Assembly: GCA_041611735.1 (NCBI GenBank)
Contig: JBFIML010000007.1
Location: 55,997 to 119,996 of the forward strand
Reading direction: 5' to 3'
DNA from: Myxococcota bacterium
GTDB lineage: Bacteria > Myxococcota_A > UBA9160 > PR03
DNA length: 64,000 bases
Shown here: in pieces, positions 52,466 through 60,825 of the stretch
How positions within the stretch are numbered: position 1 is the stretch's first letter
Layout of the letters: each line of letters opens with the position of its first letter
Made by a program: the position numbers and the translations under genes
The notes under the pieces: generated by a model
The model's database searches: none
Told to the model about the DNA's origin: nothing
The model's input: the letters and a program-made list of their open reading frames with translations, nothing else

Positions 52466-54745
52466 ATGCCGGACTACCCTCCGCTGACACCGCTCGACTC
52501 CCGGCTGCCCCAGCGCCACGAGGACCCCCGGGCTCCCGCGCCGTGGACCCCTCCCTTCGACGAGCCGCTGCTCCGCGACTACGCGCGGATCCTGAAGAAG
52601 CGCAGGGGGTTGATCGCGGGCGTGTTCCTGGCGACGCTCGCCCTGGTGGCCTCGGCCACGCTGCCTTCCACTCCCATCTACACTGCGGAGACCCTGCTTC
52701 TCATCGAGCCCCAGAACCCGCAGATCATCGACATCCCCCAGGTGCTTGGGGACACGCTCGGCAAGGCCGACTACTACGAGACCCAGTACGAGATCCTGAA
52801 GAGCCGCAGCCTCGCCGAGCGCGTGATTCGCCAGCACGGGCTGAGCGACGCGGAACTCGGCGGCCGCAGACCGAGCGCGCTCGCCAGCGCCATCCGGCTG
52901 GTCCGGACGATCCCGAGCTCGCTGTTCTCGAACGGAGCGGGCAGCGCCGAGGATCCGACCCCCGAGCAGATCGCTGCCAAGCGCGTAAACGCCTACCTCG
53001 ACGCGCTCTCCGTCGGACCCTCCCGGGACACCCGTCTCGTCAAGCTCAGCTTCCGCAGCCCCGATCCGCTGCTGGCCGCCCGCTTGATCAACGCCCATGC
53101 CCGGGCCTACATCGAGCAGGGCCCGCTGATGCGCGCGCGGGCCAGCGAAGAAGCCCGTGCCTTCCTGGAGGAGAAGCTGCAAGAGCTCAAGGATCGAGTA
53201 GGCGGCGCGCAGGCCGATCTGAATGCCTACAGCCGTGAGGAAGGCATCGTCTCCCTCGACGACAAGGCCAACGTGGTCATCGAGCGCCTGGCCGACCTCA
53301 ACGCACGACTGACCGCGGCCGAAGCGGAGCGCGTCGCCCGCGAGGCCGAGTTCCGCCTCATCCAGGAACGGAGGCCAGGGTCCCTGCCGGCCGTGCTCGC
53401 CAGCCCCCTGGTCACGACCTTGAAGCAGGAGCTGGCGCGACTCGAAGGCGAACAAGCCTTCCTCTCCACGCGATTCTCCCCGGGTTATCCGAGGCTGGCG
53501 CAGCTCCAATCGCAGATCGCCGAGAGCCGACGCCGCCTCAGCACCGAGATCCGCACCATCGTGGACGGGATCGAATCCTCCTTTCTGGCCGCCAAGGCGC
53601 AGGAAGAAGACCTGCGGGCGCGGGTCGACCTGCAGAAGATCGAGGCCCTCCGGCTCAAGGATGCTTCTGTGGAGTATGCGATGCTGGAGCACGACCTCAA
53701 GGCCAGCCGCCAGCTCTACGAAAACGTACTCGGGCGCATCAAGCAGACGGAGATCGCCGTGGAGCTGCGCGACTCCAACGTCTTCATCGTGGACCCAGCG
53801 CATCCTCCCCTTCGGCCCAGCGGTCTGAGCACCAAGCTGATCTTCGCGCTGGCGGGGGTGCTCGGGCTGATCGCCGCCATCGGTCTCGCCCTGATCGCGG
53901 AGTTTCTGGACAGTCGGATCCGGAACACCGAGGACGTCGAGCGACAGCTGGGTCTTCCCAGCCTGGGCGCGGTGCCGGACTTCCTGAAGAGCGCAGCGGC
54001 CCTGCCCACCGCAGCCCGGCGCCAGCTGCTCGCCGCACGCAGCGCCGAAGGCGGGGCCCCTCGACCCGGACTCCTGCACAGCCCGGCGCCCGGCACCCCC
54101 TCACCCAACCCGGTGGCCGTCGAGGCCTACCGGACCGTGCGAACGAACATCCTGCTCTCCCAGGCCGGCCGCTCGCCGCGCACGATTCTCTTCACGAGCG
54201 GCGCCGCTTCCGAAGGCAAGACGGTCACCACCGTCAACACCGCTGCGATGTTCGCCCAGCTCGGCGGTCCCGTCCTCGTGATCGACGCCGACCTGCGCAA
54301 GCCTGGCTGCCATCGGCTGCTGGGAATCGAGAACCTGGCCGGCCTGACCGAGATCCTGACCGGAGGCGACCTGACCCCGGACTTCCTCAAGTCGATCGAT
54401 GCGGGCTTCTCCTTCCTCTCCAGCGGGAAGAAGCCGCCCAACCCGACGGAGCTGCTCGGTTCGACCCGCATGCGGCAGTTCCTGGCCAGCGCCCGGGACC
54501 GCTTCGAATACATCCTGATCGACGGCCCGCCCATGCTGCCGGTGAGCGACAGCGTGGTGCTTGCCACGCTCGTCGATGGCGTCGTGTTGGTGGCCGATCA
54601 ACAGAAGACGCCGCGCCACGTGCTGCGGAGCGCCCAGGCGCGGCTCACCTACGCGCGAGCCAAGGTGCTCGGGGTCGTCCTGAACCGCGCCGACGTGGAG
54701 AACGAGGACTACTCCTATTTCGTCGGGTGGCAGCCCTCCGCCTGA
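52466..54745 (+). CDS. wzc: Polysaccharide co-polymerase / BY tyrosine kinase
   Basis: Two TM helices flanking a coiled coil; EAYRT.RTN, TSG..SEGKT, IDADLRKP, PPNP.ELL and IDGPP. Confidence 0.92.
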   Translation: MPDYPPLTPLDSRLPQRHEDPRAPAPWTPPFDEPLLRDYARILKKRRGLIAGVFLATLALVASATLPSTPIYTAETLLLIEPQNPQIIDIPQVLGDTLGKADYYETQYEILKSRSLAERVIRQHGLSDAELGGRRPSALASAIRLVRTIPSSLFSNGAGSAEDPTPEQIAAKRVNAYLDALSVGPSRDTRLVKLSFRSPDPLLAARLINAHARAYIEQGPLMRARASEEARAFLEEKLQELKDRVGGAQADLNAYSREEGIVSLDDKANVVIERLADLNARLTAAEAERVAREAEFRLIQERRPGSLPAVLASPLVTTLKQELARLEGEQAFLSTRFSPGYPRLAQLQSQIAESRRRLSTEIRTIVDGIESSFLAAKAQEEDLRARVDLQKIEALRLKDASVEYAMLEHDLKASRQLYENVLGRIKQTEIAVELRDSNVFIVDPAHPPLRPSGLSTKLIFALAGVLGLIAAIGLALIAEFLDSRIRNTEDVERQLGLPSLGAVPDFLKSAAALPTAARRQLLAARSAEGGAPRPGLLHSPAPGTPSPNPVAVEAYRTVRTNILLSQAGRSPRTILFTSGAASEGKTVTTVNTAAMFAQLGGPVLVIDADLRKPGCHRLLGIENLAGLTEILTGGDLTPDFLKSIDAGFSFLSSGKKPPNPTELLGSTRMRQFLASARDRFEYILIDGPPMLPVSDSVVLATLVDGVVLVADQQKTPRHVLRSAQARLTYARAKVLGVVLNRADVENEDYSYFVGWQPSA

Positions 54746-55857
54746 AGGCGCTGGCCAGGAGCGTGCGGACCCAAGCTGGCCTCGAACGCGGCCAGGAAGC
54801 GCCCCACGTCCCGCTCGTCCATGGCTCCCATCACCGCCACGCGGAAGATCTGCCCGAGCAGCCCCCGCTGCCCCGGATAGACCACGAAGCCGGCCTGCTT
54901 GAGACGCGCGTGGAGCAGGTCGTAGCCGATCCCCTCGGGCAGCTGGAAGGAGGTGAGGCTGCTCGCATACTCCCGCTCGCTTCCGAGCAGCAGGCGGGCC
55001 CCCCGCGCCTGGAGCCCCGTCCGCAGCAGGCCGGACAGGGTCCGATAGTGCCGCCTCCGCCCTTGCCAGCCACCGCCCTCCTCGAGCTCCGCGAGGGCCT
55101 CGCGCAGTGCGTAGGTGGGGTGGACGGCAGGCGTGAAGAGAGGGTGTGCCTGCTCTTGAGCTCGATAGTGTGCGAAGAGATCCAGATACAGCCCCACGGC
55201 GCCGGATTGCCGCGCCTCCAGGGCAGCGCGTCTCGCCACCACGAAGGCCACCCCAGGCGCTCCGTGCAGGCACTTGTTGGCGGTGGCCGCGCAGGCCTCC
55301 AGGTTCCAGCCGGCAAAATCGATCTCCTCGGCCCCGAAGCTGCTCACCGCGTCGACCAGCAGCCGGACGCCTCGGCGCACACCGATCTCCCCGAGCGCCG
55401 CCAGATCGTTCAGCCGGCCCGTCGTCGTCTCGTGATGCACCGCCAGGATCCACCCGATGTCCGGATCCCGGTCGAGAGCCTGCTCGATCCGGGCGAGGTC
55501 CGGAGGCTCGGTCCAACCCGCCTGGATCAGGGTGTGGGCCCGTCCCACGCTCCCGAGCATCGCGGCGATCCGCTCGCCGTAGGTCCCGTTGGCAACGACG
55601 AGGGCCTTGCCCTCCCGAGGCACGAGCGAGGTGGCCATCGCCTCCACCGCGGCGGTTCCCGAGCCGGTCAGCAGCACCGCCGTGAAGTCTCCGGCCGCGC
55701 TGGCGTAGACGCTCTCGAGCCCGCGGCGCACCTCGCCCTGGAGCTCGGCGAACTCCGGCTCCCGGTGGCAGACGTCGGGCGACAGGAGAGCCCGACGCAC
55801 CCGCTCCGAGAGCACCACCGGGCCTGGATTCATCAGGACACGGCGCGCGGTCTGCAT
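54715..55857 (-). CDS. 2-aminoethylphosphonate transaminase (biosynthetic, PhnW/AepZ-type)
   Basis: LMNPGPV, CHRE.EF, GSGTAAVE, NGTYGER, VHHETTTG.LN, DAVSSFG, NKCLHG.PG and FTP. Confidence 0.9.
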   Translation of the reverse strand: MQTARRVLMNPGPVVLSERVRRALLSPDVCHREPEFAELQGEVRRGLESVYASAAGDFTAVLLTGSGTAAVEAMATSLVPREGKALVVANGTYGERIAAMLGSVGRAHTLIQAGWTEPPDLARIEQALDRDPDIGWILAVHHETTTGRLNDLAALGEIGVRRGVRLLVDAVSSFGAEEIDFAGWNLEACAATANKCLHGAPGVAFVVARRAALEARQSGAVGLYLDLFAHYRAQEQAHPLFTPAVHPTYALREALAELEEGGGWQGRRRHYRTLSGLLRTGLQARGARLLLGSEREYASSLTSFQLPEGIGYDLLHARLKQAGFVVYPGQRGLLGQIFRVAVMGAMDERDVGRFLAAFEASLGPHAPGQRLQAEGCHPTK

Positions 55858-56996
55858 GGGCTCGTCTCCAGCCAGCTTCGGAAGCGCAGGGCCACCTCGG
55901 CAGGCGGGATGGCCGGCCGGGGCAGGCGGCGGTCCTGGCGCGGCTCGGTCAGGGCGTGCACGAAGGTCGGGCCGGGCTCGTCCCGGCTCACGCTCTCCTC
56001 CAGCTCCTCGGCACTCCCGGCGCGAACCACCCGACGGTAGCCGCAGGCCTGGGCCACCGCCGCCAGATCCAGGGCCGGCGAGACCGTGGACTGGGCTCCC
56101 GTCGAATCGTGGACTCCGTTGTCGAGGACCACGTGCACCAGATTCCGGGGGCGCTCGAAGCCGATCGTTCCGAGCGCGCCCATGCGCATCAGCACGGCAC
56201 CATCGCCGTCGATCACCACGAAGCGGCGCTCCGGGCGCACCTTCGCCAGGCCCAGGCCGAGGCTCGACGCGCAGCCCATCGACCCGACCATGTAGAGCTG
56301 ATTGGGCCGGTCTCCCAGGCGGCAGAGCGCGCGTCCCGTGAACCCGGTGGTGGCCACGATCCCGCAGGCCTCCCCGGCTCCCGCGCGGACGGCCGCCAGG
56401 GCCTCGTCGGCAGGCATCGGACGCAGAGCCGCCCCAGGCAGGGGCGTCACGGGGGGCAGTCTCCGCTCCGGGGGCCGGGACCGCAGCGCGTACGGCTCCA
56501 GGGACCCCTTGGGCACCATCAGCGCATAGGGGGTCCCCTGGCTGCGCATGTGGTCCAGGGCTCTTTCGACGACCGCACGCACCTCGGACTCCTGGCGCGG
56601 GAAAGCCTCCCAGGGGATTCCCATCAGCTCCAGCAGGCCGGGCGTGATCCCGCCCATGACCCCGTGCTGGGGCTCGTCCGGCGGGCCCTGCGGCGTCCCC
56701 CGGCGGGTCACGATCACGAGCACCGGGATCCGGAACGGGAGCGCCAGGGAGGTGAGCGGATTCACCGCGTTCCCGAAGCCCGAGTTCTGGAACAGGACGA
56801 CGCCGCGCTGGCCGCCGAGCTCGGCGCCGCAGGCGATGGCCACGGCGTCCCCCTCGTTGGCAGCGCCCACGTAGTCCGCGTCCGGCGAGTCGATCACGTA
56901 GTTGATGAGGGGCGTCAGGTACGAGCACGGAACGCCCGCGTGCACGCGGAAGCCGCGCTCGTGTAGGGCCGTGACGAAGCTGCTGGCGGAGATCAT
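55833..56996 (-). CDS. ppd: Phosphonopyruvate decarboxylase
   Basis: GVPCS, ANEG.AV, QNSG.GN.VNPL.SL, DEPQH, TTG...R, YMVGSMG and DGDGA.LM. Confidence 0.95.
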   Translation of the reverse strand: MISASSFVTALHERGFRVHAGVPCSYLTPLINYVIDSPDADYVGAANEGDAVAIACGAELGGQRGVVLFQNSGFGNAVNPLTSLALPFRIPVLVIVTRRGTPQGPPDEPQHGVMGGITPGLLELMGIPWEAFPRQESEVRAVVERALDHMRSQGTPYALMVPKGSLEPYALRSRPPERRLPPVTPLPGAALRPMPADEALAAVRAGAGEACGIVATTGFTGRALCRLGDRPNQLYMVGSMGCASSLGLGLAKVRPERRFVVIDGDGAVLMRMGALGTIGFERPRNLVHVVLDNGVHDSTGAQSTVSPALDLAAVAQACGYRRVVRAGSAEELEESVSRDEPGPTFVHALTEPRQDRRLPRPAIPPAEVALRFRSWLETSPCRPRAVS

Positions 56997-57018
56997 GCTG
57001 CGCGGGGGCGGAGCGGCC

Positions 57019-58659
57019 CTAGGCGAACTCGCCGCTCGCCAGAAGGTCGTCGACGCTGTCCACGTCGAGCCAGTTTCCGGTGGTGTAGATCACCCGGATC
57101 CTCTCCCCCCGCGCAATCAGGGCGTTCATCAGCCCGCCCATGTCCAGATGCGCCTTCTTCTCCGGGTCCTCGGCCACCTCGGCCAGGAGCGTGCGGAGAA
57201 CCGTGCAGCCTCGGCTCGAGGCCTTGAGGAAGCCCATCCACTCGCCGTGGATGCGGTCCGGGGAAAGCTCGTTGGACACCTCGGCCAGCTCCACCTCGGA
57301 GAAGCTCGTGGTTCGCGAGAAGGGCAGCGAGCAGCTCGCGAAATCCGCATAGCGGTCGCGGTTCCGGCTCTCCCGCCAGTTGGCGTCGATCATCACGGCG
57401 AAATCCGCGTCCACGTCCATGAGCTGCTGCACCACGTACTTCCGGAACAGGACGTCACCGTAGGAGATCAGGACCGGACCCTCGAGGGCCGGGATCGCTC
57501 GGGACAGCGAATACGCCTCGTGCGTGGTCTCCGGCTCCTCGTTGTCGAAGTACTCCAGGCCATCGAGGTCGATCACCTCCCGCCGATAGCCTCTCACCAC
57601 CGCCAGGTCGCGGATTCCCGCGGCCCGATAGGTCCGCACGATGTGGGAGAGAATCGGCTCCCCGGCCAACGGAACCATGCACTTCGGGCGGTCGCGGGTC
57701 ACTTCCCCGAACTCCGGTCCGCGGGCCGCTCCGAGGATCACGGCGCGGACCGGGCTGCCCGGCAGGTAGCGACGCTCGGCCTCGGCCAGCTCCTCGGCTC
57801 CCTGGAGCCGGAAGACCTCCGCCAGCGGCGCGACCCGATCCTCGATGGCCATGAGCGACTGGTCCCGGAAGATGCGACGGGCGGTCTGCTGCATGGCCGA
57901 GATCGAGCTGCGCATGGTGTGGTTGGCCCAGATCACCACCGAGAAGCCCGCTTCGCGGAACACCTGGGTCGGCGTGGCGTAGCACTTGGTCGGGACGATC
58001 ACGACCGGAAGCCGACCTCCCCACTCCCGCTGGAACGCCAGCAGCTCGTCCGGGAACGACTTGGCGGTGTGGATCAGGATGGCGTCGGCGCCCGCCTGCC
58101 GGTACGCCTCGGCGCGCTTCAGAGCCTCGGCGAGGCCCCAGCCTGCGATGAAGGCCTCGACCCGGGCCACGATCACGAAGGCGTCGATGGTCTGGGCGTC
58201 CTTCCCCGCCTTGATCCGCCCGGCGAACTCGTCGATGTCGGCCAGGGGCTGGGTCGTGCCCCGGATGAAGCTATTGGTCTTGGGGAAGATCTTGTCCTCG
58301 ATGCAGACGCCGGCGATGCCCCGCTGCTCGAGCTTGCGCACCAGGCGTCGCATCGTATTGAAGTTCCCGTACCCCGTGTCCCCGTCCACGAGGATCGGGA
58401 TGCGCGTCGCATCGCTCATGAACTCCAGGGCCTCGAGCACCTGGGTCCAGGAGGCCTCGTTGGCGTCGCGGACGCCCAGGGCGGCGGAGATGGAGAGCCC
58501 GCTGGCCCAGACGCCCGCAAAGCCCGCCTCTTCCACGATCTTCGCGCTCAGGCCGTTGTGCGCCTCCATGAGGAAGCTCAGCTCCGGGCTCTGGACGAGG
58601 CGGCGGAGCTGCGCGGCTTTGGCGTGGGCGCTCGTGTCGTGCGGTAGCGGCGGCTGCAA
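57019..58659 (-). CDS. pepM: Phosphoenolpyruvate mutase fused to a C-terminal nucleotidyltransferase (PntC-like)
   Basis: [16 protein letters not shown] and the diagnostic [11 protein letters not shown]-terminal VILGAARG...RPKCMV, VVRGY, YGD and W.DVD; start uncertain (58659-58779). Confidence 0.95.
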   Translation of the reverse strand: MQPPLPHDTSAHAKAAQLRRLVQSPELSFLMEAHNGLSAKIVEEAGFAGVWASGLSISAALGVRDANEASWTQVLEALEFMSDATRIPILVDGDTGYGNFNTMRRLVRKLEQRGIAGVCIEDKIFPKTNSFIRGTTQPLADIDEFAGRIKAGKDAQTIDAFVIVARVEAFIAGWGLAEALKRAEAYRQAGADAILIHTAKSFPDELLAFQREWGGRLPVVIVPTKCYATPTQVFREAGFSVVIWANHTMRSSISAMQQTARRIFRDQSLMAIEDRVAPLAEVFRLQGAEELAEAERRYLPGSPVRAVILGAARGPEFGEVTRDRPKCMVPLAGEPILSHIVRTYRAAGIRDLAVVRGYRREVIDLDGLEYFDNEEPETTHEAYSLSRAIPALEGPVLISYGDVLFRKYVVQQLMDVDADFAVMIDANWRESRNRDRYADFASCSLPFSRTTSFSEVELAEVSNELSPDRIHGEWMGFLKASSRGCTVLRTLLAEVAEDPEKKAHLDMGGLMNALIARGERIRVIYTTGNWLDVDSVDDLLASGEFA

Positions 58660-58889
58660 GGTGTCCGACCTGCGTCGAGGGGAAAGCGAAGCTTCGGAAT
58701 GGGCGACGGCTGATCGTACCACAGGCGCCCTGGCGCGCGTCCGGTCCCGCCGCGCAGCCGAAAGCGTCATGGCGCGCAAGGCGTTGCGCGGCGGATTGCA
58801 CGGGAGGTGCGCGTTGGCCTGGCGATCCGCTGCGGGAAAGCTCCGGCTGCCGGGAATCCCCTCGGGGCTCCGTCCCCGCCGAAGAGTCC

Positions 58890-59675
58890 ATGCCTCCCGC
58901 GCTCCCTGCGAGCTACCCTGCGCGCGCCTTGAGTCGCCTCTTCCGCTCCGGACACGCCTACGACGAGATCCGCGCCCTGCTGGCGGGGATCGAGAAGAAG
59001 GGCCCCTGCCTGGACATGCCCGGCGGGAGAGGCCCCAACGCGCGCGGCATCCGGGAGGCAGGCTTCGAGCCCGTGAGCGGCGACCTCTCCCCGGAGCGCT
59101 CCCACGCCGCGGGGGTCCCGAGCGTGCGCATGGACTGGAACGCGCCGCTCCCCTTTGCGGACGGGCGCTTCGCGGCCGCCCTGTGCAGCGAGGGCATCGA
59201 GCACCATCCGGCCCAGCTCGGACTGATCACCGAGTTCGCGCGCATCCTCCAGCCGGGCGGGAGCCTGCTCCTCACCACGCCGAACGTGCTCAACCTGCGA
59301 GGCCGCCTGGCCGCGGCCCTGAACGGCCACTACTCCTTCAAGCGCGCCCCCATCAGCGAGGTGACCGCGCTCTGGAAGTCGGGCGACAAGACCCGGCCCT
59401 ACGTGGGACACGCCCACATGATCGACTACTTCGAGCTGCGCTTCGTGCTGCGCCAGGCAGGCTTCACGCTCTTGCGCGTCACCAGCGCCAAGTATGCGCT
59501 CTCGGCGCTGCTGCTGGCGCCACTGCTCTGGGCGCCGGTGCAGCTGGCCACGCGACGGCTCTTCGCTCGTGTGCGCCGCAGCGACCCCGCCATCTACCGT
59601 GAGATCTGCACCCACGCCCTCTCCCCGGACCTCCTGTTCGGGAAGAAGCTGATCGTGCTGGCCCGCAAGGGCTGA
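58890..59675 (+). CDS. Class I SAM-dependent methyltransferase
   Basis: [20 protein letters not shown] and RILQPGG.L.LTTPN. Confidence 0.82.
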   Translation: MPPALPASYPARALSRLFRSGHAYDEIRALLAGIEKKGPCLDMPGGRGPNARGIREAGFEPVSGDLSPERSHAAGVPSVRMDWNAPLPFADGRFAAALCSEGIEHHPAQLGLITEFARILQPGGSLLLTTPNVLNLRGRLAAALNGHYSFKRAPISEVTALWKSGDKTRPYVGHAHMIDYFELRFVLRQAGFTLLRVTSAKYALSALLLAPLLWAPVQLATRRLFARVRRSDPAIYREICTHALSPDLLFGKKLIVLARKG

Positions 59676-59761
59676 GGAGTTCCGGCCGCGAGCCGGGCGC
59701 CATCGGTCGGGCAGCCGCCTGCCGGACCCGCCTCCAGCCGCCTCCGGCCCCCCGCACCGGC

Positions 59762-59775
59762 ATGACCCCGGTCAT
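59762..59775. promoter_or_regulatory. Palindrome ATGAC-N4-GTCAT (CRP/FNR-family-like box)
   Basis: TGA-N6-TCA spacing in the intergenic region upstream of the radical SAM gene. Confidence 0.4.
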
Positions 59776-59840
59776 ATAGTCTTGCGAAGCCCTGGCCGAT
59801 ACCAGGGATGCAGGAACGCCCCCCATCGGGAGAAGAACCC

Positions 59841-60758
59841 ATGGAGGCGGAACCTCGGCACCCCGTGCCCCGCCGCCGGTTCCAGCGGGGCGACGACGGC
59901 CAGCCGTTGCCGGGCACAGGAACCCGGATCCGGCTACCGACCTTCCTGGAGAGGATGGGCTGGCCGGCGGGGGCCGGCTTTCCCGGCCCCCATCCAGCCC
60001 GCCCTCCCGCCCTGGGCGCGGCTCGCGCTCGCCCCTTCGGCCGCTCCGTCTACGGCCCGGTTGCGTCGCGCCGTCTCGGGCGCTCGCTCGGCGTGGACCT
60101 GACCCCGCCCGGCCCCCGCGTCTGCTGCTTCGATTGTGTGTACTGCGAGCTCGGCCGGACGCCCGGCGCCGGCACGGCCCAGACCTGGCCGCGACCCCAA
60201 GAGGTGGGGGAAGCCCTGGCGCAGGCACTCTCCCGGGTGGGGCCCATCGACTCGATCACCCTCTCCGGTCACGGGGAGCCGACGCTGCATCCGCGCTTCG
60301 CGAGCGCCGTGGCGTGCGTGCTGAGAGAGGCGAGACGCGCCCGCCCCGACGTGCCCGTCCGCATCCTCACCAACGGAGCGGGCGCCATACGACCCGACGT
60401 CCGTCGCGCCCTCGACGCCCTGGACGCGCGGATCGTGAAGCTCGATGCGGCCTCTCCGCGCGTCAATCGTCCGGACCCCAATCGACCTCCCGGGGGGCTG
60501 CTGCTGGCGCTGTCCATGCTGCGGGACATCACGATCCAAGCCTGCTTCATCGAAGGCTCCGTGGCGAACACGGACCCTGCCACGGTTCGCGCCTGGGCCG
60601 AGCTGCTCTCCGAGATCCGACCGCTCGCGGTCCAGATCTACACCATCGATCGCAGACCCGCCCGGGCGGGCGTCCGTCCCGTGGCGGCCGAACGGCTGCA
60701 AGAGATCGCGTGCCTGCTCCGCACGCAGATGGGGATCGAGGCCCACGCCTATGCCTGA
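59841..60758 (+). CDS. Radical SAM protein (Tyw1-like/COG0731-type)
   Basis: VYGPV.SRRLG.SLGVDL, CCFDCVYC (CxxxCxxC), SGHGEPTLHP, LTNG and QIYTIDR; start uncertain (59808-59955). Confidence 0.85.
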   Translation: MEAEPRHPVPRRRFQRGDDGQPLPGTGTRIRLPTFLERMGWPAGAGFPGPHPARPPALGAARARPFGRSVYGPVASRRLGRSLGVDLTPPGPRVCCFDCVYCELGRTPGAGTAQTWPRPQEVGEALAQALSRVGPIDSITLSGHGEPTLHPRFASAVACVLREARRARPDVPVRILTNGAGAIRPDVRRALDALDARIVKLDAASPRVNRPDPNRPPGGLLLALSMLRDITIQACFIEGSVANTDPATVRAWAELLSEIRPLAVQIYTIDRRPARAGVRPVAAERLQEIACLLRTQMGIEAHAYA

Positions 60759-60825
60759 GCCGCCACGGGTCACGCAACCGGCCAGGAGCCCCAGATGACG
60801 CTCGCGCGCCCGTGATCGCGTCGGC

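Noticed and set aside
54715-58779. Phosphonate catabolism (phnWX) or a phosphonate antibiotic cluster
   Set aside because: The transaminase is in an operon with pepM and ppd, there is no phnX or transporter, and the context is polysaccharide export rather than small-molecule tailoring.
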